A DNA stretch of 64,000 bases, taken from contig OZ241883.1 in assembly GCA_965203445.1 (NCBI GenBank), positions 448,001-512,000 of the forward strand, given 5' to 3'. The notes under the pieces were generated by a model. That model worked only from the letters and a program-made list of their open reading frames with translations, searched no databases and was not told where the DNA came from. This DNA comes from Candidatus Oxydemutator sp. Lineage in GTDB: Bacteria > Pseudomonadota > Gammaproteobacteria > Poriferisulfidales > Oxydemutatoraceae. The translations under genes and the position numbers were made by a program. Below are positions 55,616 to 64,000 of this stretch, in pieces. How positions within the stretch are numbered: position 1 is the first letter of the stretch; each line of letters starts with the position of its first letter.

Positions 55616-56666
55616 AAAGGACGGACGGCCGTTCCTCGTCGCCCTTCTCGATCTCGCCGATCACGCGGGCCGCAAACCCTCGTTGCCCGACGTCGCGCAC
55701 CACGCCGTCGCAGTCGTCGCCCGCGACGATGAGCGCCATGCCGATGCCGCAGTTGAAGACGCGCAACATTTCGGCTTCCTCGATTTGCCCCTCGCGTTGC
55801 AGCCAGTCGAATATGCGCGGGCGCGTCCACGCCTTGGTAAAAACGCGCGCGTGGTGAAACGGCGGCAGCACGCGCGGCAGATTGGCGCTTACGCCGCCGC
55901 CGGTGATATGCGCCAGCGCGCGCACGCGCCCCTGCTCGATCAGCGGCAGCAGCGCCCGCACGTATATATGTGTCGGCGTGAGCAGGGTCTCGCCCAAGGT
56001 GGCGCCAGTGGCGTCGTCGAAGGGCGCGTCGAGGCGCGCGCCGTTGTCGTCCATAATTTTGTGGATCAGCGAGAAGCCGTTCGCGTGCACGCCGCTCGAC
56101 GCGACGCCGACGACGGCCTGGCCCGCGGCGACGCCCGCGGGCGTCGGCAGGCGGTCTTTCTCGGCCAGACCGACGGCGAAGCCGGCGAGATCGTATTCGC
56201 CGTCCGGATAGCATCCGGGCATCTCGGCGGTCTCGCCCCCGACCAGCGCGGCGCCGGCCATGCGGCACCCTTCGGCGATGCCGGCAACGACCGCCTCGGC
56301 CGTCACCACGTCGAGCCTGCCGCACGAGAAGTAATCGAGAAACAGCACCGGTTCGCCGCCCTGCGCCAGGACGTCGTTTGCGCACATCGCGACCAGGTCT
56401 ATGCCTATGGTGTCGTGCCTGCCGAGACGTTGCGCCAGTCTCAGCTTCGTGCCGACGCCGTCGGTCGCGGTCAGGATCAGCGGCTTGCGGTAGCGCCCCG
56501 CGGGCGGCTCGAACACCGAGGCGAAACCGCCGATGCCGCCGACGACGCCCGGCCTGCGGGTGCTTTCGCACAGCGGGCGGATGGCTTTTACCAGCGCGTC
56601 GGCGGCGTCGAGACGCACGCCGGCGTCGCGGTAGGTCGTCGCTCGTCGGGATTGTTTCGCGGTCAT
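55608..56666 (-). CDS. purM: AIR synthetase
   Basis: TDGVGTK, GIDLVAM, GGETAEMPG, SSGVHANGFSL, HITGGG, FNCGIG. Confidence 0.98.
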   Translation of the reverse strand: MTAKQSRRATTYRDAGVRLDAADALVKAIRPLCESTRRPGVVGGIGGFASVFEPPAGRYRKPLILTATDGVGTKLRLAQRLGRHDTIGIDLVAMCANDVLAQGGEPVLFLDYFSCGRLDVVTAEAVVAGIAEGCRMAGAALVGGETAEMPGCYPDGEYDLAGFAVGLAEKDRLPTPAGVAAGQAVVGVASSGVHANGFSLIHKIMDDNGARLDAPFDDATGATLGETLLTPTHIYVRALLPLIEQGRVRALAHITGGGVSANLPRVLPPFHHARVFTKAWTRPRIFDWLQREGQIEEAEMLRVFNCGIGMALIVAGDDCDGVVRDVGQRGFAARVIGEIEKGDEERPSVLYD

Positions 56667-56875
56667 TTCGCCGGATGTTGCCGGATGTTGCGTTTGGGGG
56701 CTACAATGCCTATCCTGCGCGGTGCCCGCCTTAGGTCCATGCAGCGCGACGCCGCGATGAACCCGTGTTTGAGCAGCCTGACTTTCGTTTTATCACCGCC
56801 CGTTCCGGGCACGCAAGCCCGCGCGAGTTGCGAATTATATAGGCAAATCAACTCCCCCGGCGGCTTAGACACAAA

Positions 56876-57465
56876 GTGTTCCAGGCAAGACATATCCCGA
56901 ACCTGATAACCGGCTTGCGGCTCGCGCTGACGCCGGTGCTGGTGTTCCTGCTGCTGGATCGGAACTTCCGCGTCGCGTTCCTGCTGCTGTTGCTGCTCGG
57001 TTTGTCCGACGCGCTCGACGGTTTCCTGGCGAAACGCCGAGACTGGCGCAGCCGCATCGGGGAGTTCCTCGATCCGGTGGCCGACAAACTGATGCTGATC
57101 GGCGCCTTTGTGGCGCTCGCGTGGGTCGAGCTGCTGCCGCCGTGGCTGGCGGTGTTGGTGCTGGCGCGCGACTTTATCATCATCGCCGGCGGCGTCGCCT
57201 ACCATTTCTTCATCGGGCCGTTTCAGGCGCGGCCCTCGTACATCAGCAAGATCAACACGTTTTTGCAGCTCATCCTGGTCGGCGTCGTGACGTGCGCGCA
57301 GTTCGCGGCGGTGCCCGCCCTGGCGGTGCCGGCCCTGGTCACCCTGGTTACGATGGCGACGCTTTGGAGCGGCGTCGCCTACGTCGTCGTCTGGGGGACG
57401 ATGGCCAGGAACCCGCCGCGTCGCGCCCCGCGCCGCGCCCCGCGTCGCGCCATGGGCGCCGGGCG

Positions 57466-57469
<4 letters not shown>
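56876..57469 (+). CDS. CDP-alcohol phosphatidyltransferase family protein
   Basis: IPNLIT; DALDGFLAKR...GEFLDPVADK. Confidence 0.92.
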
Positions 57470-58790
<1,321 letters not shown>

Positions 58791-58859
58791 TCAGCATTGC
58801 ATTGTCCTACTTTTGGCGGGGCGTTTTCAAGACGCCGCGCCGGATCGGGGAGTTCCATC

Positions 58860-59261
58860 GTGCCAATCTACGAATACGAGTGCAGCGATTGCGGACACCG
58901 CCTCGAGGTGTTGCAGTATTCCGGCGAACCCACGCTGACCGAGTGTCCGGCCTGCGCCCGGGGCACCCTCAGAAAACTGATGTCGGCGGCGGGTTTCCGG
59001 CTGTCGGGCGGCGGCTGGTACGAGACCGACTTCAAGACCGGCGGCAAACGCAACCTGGCCGGCGACGCCAAGCCCGAGGCCCAGTCCGAACCCAAGTCCG
59101 ACGCCAAGTCCGACGCCAAGTCCGAAACCAGGGGCGCGGATGCCCGACCTTCCGACAAGGGCGGTGGCGCCGGCGAGCCGAAAAAAACCTCCGGTGCGCC
59201 CGCGGCGCCGGCGAAGCCGGCGGCCAGGCCGTCGCCGTCTCCGGATAAGGGCACCGGTTGA
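58860..59261 (+). CDS. FmdB-family zinc-ribbon protein
   Basis: PIYEYECSDCGH, CPAC, FRLSGGGWYETDFK; typical position upstream of aspS. Confidence 0.92.
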   Translation: MPIYEYECSDCGHRLEVLQYSGEPTLTECPACARGTLRKLMSAAGFRLSGGGWYETDFKTGGKRNLAGDAKPEAQSEPKSDAKSDAKSETRGADARPSDKGGGAGEPKKTSGAPAAPAKPAARPSPSPDKGTG

Positions 59262-59291
59262 GCACGCCGCCTTCGCTTTCTTATCTTGTCC

Positions 59292-61076
59292 ATGCGCACC
59301 CATTACTGCGGCGAGGTTGACGAGACGCTCGTCGGCCGCGAAGTAGTCGTCTGCGGCTGGGTCAACCGCCGCCGCGACCACGGCGGCGTCATCTTCATAG
59401 ACCTGCGCGATCGCGGCGGGTTGTTGCAGATCGTGGCCGACCCGGCGCGTGCGCACGTGTTCGCGCTGGCCGAGAGCGTGCGCAACGAGTTCGTGCTGAA
59501 GGTCGCGGGCCGGGTGCGGCTGCGCCCGCCGGACACCGCCAACGCGGAGTTGCCGACGGGGCGCGTCGAGGTCGCCTGCGAGCGGCTCGAAATCCTGAAC
59601 GAAGCGGCGACGCCGCCGTTTCAGATGGACGACGACGACGTCAGCGAGGAAGTGCGCCTGCGTTACCGCTACGTGGATTTGCGCAAGCCGCAAATGCAGC
59701 GGCGCCTGGCGACGCGCGCCGCAATCGCGCGCACGCTGCGCGCCTTTCTCGACGACAACGGCTTTCTCGAGATCGAGACGCCGATGCTGACGCGCGCGAC
59801 GCCCGAGGGCGCGCGCGATTACCTGGTGCCTAGCCGCACCCAGGCGCACTCCTTCTTCGCGCTGCCGCAATCGCCGCAACTGTTCAAGCAACTGCTGATG
59901 ATGGGCGGTCTCGACCGCTACTACCAGATCACGCGCTGTTTCCGCGACGAGGATCTGCGCGCCGACCGCCAGCCGGAGTTCACGCAGCTCGACGTCGAGA
60001 CTTCGTTCATGGACGAGGCGCACATAACCGGCTTGATGGAGGAAATGATCAGGCGTCTGTTCCGCGACGTATTGGACGTCGAATTGCCCGATCCGTTCCC
60101 GCGCGTGACCCACGCCGAGGCGCTGCGACGCTACGGCAGCGACCGCCCCGATCTGCGCGTTCCGCTGGAGCTGACCGAGATCACCGAGTGGATGCGCGAA
60201 GTCGAGTTCCAGGTCTTCTCAGGCCCGGCCAACGACGCCGACGGGCGCGTCGCCGCGTTGCGGCTGCCCGGCGGCGCGCGCCTGACGCGCAAGGAGATTG
60301 ACGACTACACCGAATACGTCGGTCGCTACGGCGCCAAGGGTCTGGCCTACGTCAAATGCACGGAGCCGGCGCGCGGGCGCGACGGCTTGCAGTCGCCGAT
60401 CATCAAGTTTTTGCCGGACGACGTGCTCGCGCGCCTGCTACAAGCCACCGCCGCGGGCGCCGGCGACCTGCTGTTCTTCGGCGCCGGTCACCGCGACGTC
60501 GTCAACGATTCGCTGGCGGCGTTGCGCGTGCGTCTCGGGCGCGATCTCGGGTTGGCGGAGTCCGGCTGGCGTCCTTTGTGGGTCGTGGATTTTCCGATGT
60601 TCGAGTGGGAGCGGCGCGAGAAGCGCTGGCTGTCGCCGCACCATCCGTTCACCGCGCCGCGCACCGACGACCCGCGCCGGCTGCTCGACGATCCGGGCGC
60701 CTGTACGTCGCGCGCCTACGACGTCGTGATAAACGGCGTCGAATTGGGAGGCGGTTCGGTGCGCATCCACAAGCGCGCGATGCAGCAGGCCGTGTTCGAC
60801 GTGCTCGGAATCTCGCGCCGGGAGGCCGACGCCAAGTTCGGCTTTTTCCTGCGCGCGCTCGAACACGGCTGCCCGCCGCACGGCGGCATCGCCTTCGGCT
60901 TCGACCGCATGGCGTTGCTGCTGACGTCCGGGCGCTCGATCCGCGACGTGATGGCCTTCCCGAAGACGCAGACCGCCTGCTGCCCGCTGACCGAAGCGCC
61001 AGCGCCGGCGGCGGCGGAACAGCTGCGGGAATTGCACCTGAAACTCGACCAGCGTCCTGGCGATGGGAGCGGTTAG
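59292..61076 (+). CDS. aspS: Aspartyl-tRNA synthetase
   Basis: [54 protein letters not shown]. Confidence 0.99.
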   Translation: MRTHYCGEVDETLVGREVVVCGWVNRRRDHGGVIFIDLRDRGGLLQIVADPARAHVFALAESVRNEFVLKVAGRVRLRPPDTANAELPTGRVEVACERLEILNEAATPPFQMDDDDVSEEVRLRYRYVDLRKPQMQRRLATRAAIARTLRAFLDDNGFLEIETPMLTRATPEGARDYLVPSRTQAHSFFALPQSPQLFKQLLMMGGLDRYYQITRCFRDEDLRADRQPEFTQLDVETSFMDEAHITGLMEEMIRRLFRDVLDVELPDPFPRVTHAEALRRYGSDRPDLRVPLELTEITEWMREVEFQVFSGPANDADGRVAALRLPGGARLTRKEIDDYTEYVGRYGAKGLAYVKCTEPARGRDGLQSPIIKFLPDDVLARLLQATAAGAGDLLFFGAGHRDVVNDSLAALRVRLGRDLGLAESGWRPLWVVDFPMFEWERREKRWLSPHHPFTAPRTDDPRRLLDDPGACTSRAYDVVINGVELGGGSVRIHKRAMQQAVFDVLGISRREADAKFGFFLRALEHGCPPHGGIAFGFDRMALLLTSGRSIRDVMAFPKTQTACCPLTEAPAPAAAEQLRELHLKLDQRPGDGSG

Positions 61077-62190
61077 CCCGCCATCGCGCGACGCTCCGCA
61101 AGTCACCGTGCTGATGCCGGTGTACAACGGCGAACGCTTCCTCGGCGCGGCCGTCGAATCCATACTCGGCCAGACCTTCGGTGATTTCGAGCTGCTCGTC
61201 ATGGACGACGGTTCGAGCGACGCCTCGCTGGCCGTCGTCCGCGGCTACGCGGCGCGCGACTCGCGCATTCGCGTCGTTTCCAGGGAGAACCGCGGGCTGG
61301 TCGCGACGCTGAATGAAGGCATAGACCTTGCGCGCGGCGCCTATCTGGCGCGCATGGATTGCGACGACCTGAGCTTCCCCGGGCGCCTGCAAACGCAGTT
61401 CGATTTCATGCGCGCACATCCGGATCACGCGCTGTGCGGAAGCAACGCGCACGTCATCAACGCCGGCGGCCGCGTCATCAAGAAATGGTCGGTGCCGGTC
61501 GAGGACGCGCAAAGCTTCCGCGTTTTCAGTTGTTTCTCGGCGCCGTTTGCCCATTCGAGCGCGTTCATCGCCCTGGCTTGCCTGCGCGCTGGAAATTTTC
61601 GCTACAGCGAGCGTTACCCCCGCGCCGAGGACCTCGAATTGTGGGGGCGCATCTCGCGCCGCCATCCCTGCGCGCTGCTGGCCGAGCCGTTGATCGCGTG
61701 GCGCAATCACGACGACGGCGTCTGCACCAGCTTTTCGGATGAACAGATAGACGAACTCGCGCAAATCGTCGAGAACAACGTCGCCGCCGAATGGCTGAAA
61801 CTTCCCGACGACGCGTACGTCCGGCTGCTCGCGCGCGCGCGCCCGATTACGCGCGACGACGTCATCGGCGCGGCCGAGGTCTCCAATCGTCTGAGCGAGG
61901 CGTTCGAGGACTTGCCGCCGCGCGCGCGCCGCGCCGCGCGTTTTGCGTTCGGGGTTTTTCTGAGCATCATGGTCGCGGGAATCGCCCACCGCCGGGGGCT
62001 TGCCTGGGCGCACGACTTCGGCGGCCGCCTGTCGTGCCGGGGAGCGCTGGGACTGCGCCCACGCCTGTTGTTGGCGATGCCCCGATGGTTGCCCGACGCG
62101 CTCGCCTACCGCATAGAGGCGGCCGCCGTGTTCGTCTATCGCAAGGTTCTGCCGCAGGCGCGGGCGCGCCTTCAGGGACCGCGCTCGTAG
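61063..62190 (+). CDS. Glycosyltransferase family 2
   Basis: VLMPVYN, DDGSSD, ARMDCDD, AEDLELW. Confidence 0.92.
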   Translation: MGAVSPPSRDAPQVTVLMPVYNGERFLGAAVESILGQTFGDFELLVMDDGSSDASLAVVRGYAARDSRIRVVSRENRGLVATLNEGIDLARGAYLARMDCDDLSFPGRLQTQFDFMRAHPDHALCGSNAHVINAGGRVIKKWSVPVEDAQSFRVFSCFSAPFAHSSAFIALACLRAGNFRYSERYPRAEDLELWGRISRRHPCALLAEPLIAWRNHDDGVCTSFSDEQIDELAQIVENNVAAEWLKLPDDAYVRLLARARPITRDDVIGAAEVSNRLSEAFEDLPPRARRAARFAFGVFLSIMVAGIAHRRGLAWAHDFGGRLSCRGALGLRPRLLLAMPRWLPDALAYRIEAAAVFVYRKVLPQARARLQGPRS

Positions 62191-63032
62191 GCGACGAATC
62201 CCCTTATCCTGCCGGCGGCGGACGCCGCGTAGCGCAGCGCTTCCCTGGGCCTGAAGCGCAGCAGTTGCACGAACGCGCCCGCCAGCGGTTGCAACAGCGA
62301 CAGCGCGGAATAATACAGCGCCCACAACGGCCTTGCGCGGCAGTGCTTTCTCAGCATCGCCCCCCGCCCGACGCCGTACGTGTAGTGTTTTTTTATCCAG
62401 ACCCGGAGCGCCGCCTTGCGGGCGTCGACGTCCGGATGGCGCACGCGCAGATCCGGGTGATAGACGACCGGCTTGCCGCGTTCGAGCAACCGCAGCACGA
62501 GGTCGCTCTCTTCGCTGCCGCCGTATTTCGCGCCTATGCCGAGTTGCTCGTCGAACAACCCCACTTCCACCAGGTCCTCGCGTTTGACTATCATGGACGC
62601 CAGCAGGCAGCAGTCGAAGCGGTAGAAGGTGACGGGCGTCTCCAGGGCGCCGGTGTGCCTCGAATAAGCCCGCCTGCCGTCCGGCAGCGTCACCAGGCCG
62701 CAGATGCAGGCGTGGTCGGGGTAGCGCTCGGTCAGCGCGTGTGCGGCGGCAAGGCTGCCTTTCTCGAGTATGGCGTCGTCGTCCACGAACAGCAGCCAAT
62801 CTCCCCTGGCGTGGCGGATCGCGTGATTGCGCGCCGCCGCCGCGCCTCTCGTTTCCATTGGCAGGTAGCGGTATTCGCCCCGCCGAGGCGGGACGATTTC
62901 GTGCCTGGGGCGCGACTGGTCCGCGATGATGGTCTCGAAAGGCCGCCGATAGTCCTGGGCGTCAATCGAGGCGACGAGCTCGCTCACGATCCGGTAACGG
63001 TCGCAGGTCGGTATAATGATCGAAAATTTCAT
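62172..63032 (-). CDS. Glycosyltransferase family 2
   Basis: MKFSIIIPT, AAARN, FVDDD, FDE.LG.G..GSEESDL. Confidence 0.9.
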   Translation of the reverse strand: MKFSIIIPTCDRYRIVSELVASIDAQDYRRPFETIIADQSRPRHEIVPPRRGEYRYLPMETRGAAAARNHAIRHARGDWLLFVDDDAILEKGSLAAAHALTERYPDHACICGLVTLPDGRRAYSRHTGALETPVTFYRFDCCLLASMIVKREDLVEVGLFDEQLGIGAKYGGSEESDLVLRLLERGKPVVYHPDLRVRHPDVDARKAALRVWIKKHYTYGVGRGAMLRKHCRARPLWALYYSALSLLQPLAGAFVQLLRFRPREALRYAASAAGRIRGFVAYERGP

Positions 63033-63205
63033 CGGCGACGGGGTGGTTCGGCGCCGCCGATTATAAGTCTTTTGTTCGGGCCTTTTGTTTCGTTCGGACC
63101 TTTTGTTCGGGCGCTGCATACTGAGCTGGCCCCGGCACCAGGGCCGCCGTTTTCGCGCCTCGTACGGTCGTTTATGACTTCCCCCCATGTACCCATCGGC
63201 CCACA

Positions 63206-64000
63206 ATGAACGTTTTGGCGTCTGAGTCGGACGCCGCCGCGGTTTCCGTCTCGGTCGCGTCGCTGCTGGGCCTGGCGCACGCGGCGCGCGGCCTGTCGCT
63301 GCGCCGCAACGTCGCGCGCGCGCGCCACAGCGACGTGCGCCGTTCGCCGTTCAAGGGACGCGGCATGGAGTACGACGAGTCGCGCCCGTACCAGCCCGGC
63401 GACGACGTGCGCCATCTCGACTGGCGCGTGACCGCGCGCACCGGCAAGGCCCATACCAAACTGTTCCGCGAGGAGCGCGAGCGCCCGGTGTTTTTGTGGG
63501 TGGATTACCGCGCGCCGATGTTTTTTGCGACGCGCGGGCGCTTCAAATCGGTGGCCGCGGCGCAGCTCGCGGCGCTGCTGGCGTGGAGCGCGGTGCACGA
63601 GGGCGACCGTCTCGGCAGCGTCGTCTTCAACGACGGCGATCACAGCGAGATCAAGCCGCAGCGGGGCAAGATCGGCGCGCTGCGCCTGTTTCACGAACTC
63701 GCCCGGTTAGGGGCCGGCGGCGGCGCCGCCACGGTCGAAGCCGAGGCCGGCGACGACCCGCGACGCGCGCCGTCGCAGGCGCTGTCGCGCCTGGCGCACA
63801 TCGCGCGCCGAGGCAGCCTGATCTTTCTGATCAGCGATTTCCGAGGGCTCGACGAGGCCGCCCACACGCGCTTGCTGCAACTTGCGGCGCACAGCGAGAC
63901 GATGCTGGCGTTCGTCTGCGACCCGCTCGAGCGCCGTCTGCCGCCGCCGGGACGCTACCGCGTCAGCGACGGTCGGCGCGACCTCGACTTCGACGCCGGC
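63206..64000 (+). CDS. DUF58 (MoxR-associated) protein, running off the window end
   Basis: Translated by hand: FKGRGMEYDESRPYQPGDDVRHLDWRVTAR, FREERE, LIFLISDF. No in-frame stop was seen. Confidence 0.92.
   Translation, partial: MNVLASESDAAAVSVSVASLLGLAHAARGLSLRRNVARARHSDVRRSPFKGRGMEYDESRPYQPGDDVRHLDWRVTARTGKAHTKLFREERERPVFLWVDYRAPMFFATRGRFKSVAAAQLAALLAWSAVHEGDRLGSVVFNDGDHSEIKPQRGKIGALRLFHELARLGAGGGAATVEAEAGDDPRRAPSQALSRLAHIARRGSLIFLISDFRGLDEAAHTRLLQLAAHSETMLAFVCDPLERRLPPPGRYRVSDGRRDLDFDAG

Noticed and set aside
63700-63712. Possible premature stop in the DUF58 gene (gttag)
   Set aside because: The TAG is out of frame; the coding frame reads CGG TTA GGG and continues to LIFLISDF.

Overview
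High-GC bacterial chromosome segment, probably gammaproteobacterial (inferred from gene order and housekeeping protein sequences). The left flank carries hisBHAF-E, dtd, pip, lipBA, an alanine/glycine symporter, nth, a short RnfB-like ferredoxin and metG. The right flank carries apbC/mrp, dcd, P-II, rnd, rpmBG, an MFS transporter, purNM, hda, wrbA, aspS, two GT2 enzymes and a DUF58 gene. A ~33.4-kb lower-GC defence island (~15652-49117) with no visible integrase separates the normally adjacent divergent pair metG and apbC. The island contains: (i) a DruA(DUF4338)-NurA-HerA operon; (ii) a two-gene unit in which an 811-aa protein ending in an Ig-like domain plus an archaeal/eukaryotic ribosomal protein eL13-like motif is coupled to a 1419-aa SF2/DUF1998 (DruE-like) helicase, the best candidate here for an undescribed system; (iii) a type I R-M locus with two HEPN/MNT pairs and an MNT-HsdS gene running in frame into an AT-rich TIR-NTPase; (iv) three Fic proteins; and (v) many TA modules whose toxin is internally deleted or absent while the antitoxin is kept. 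A dispersed CCCTCTCCC/GGGAGAGGG palindromic repeat family and three orphan R-M-type genes occur mostly outside the island. No rRNA, tRNA or CRISPR array was recognised. All family calls come from motif recognition by eye; no searches were run.
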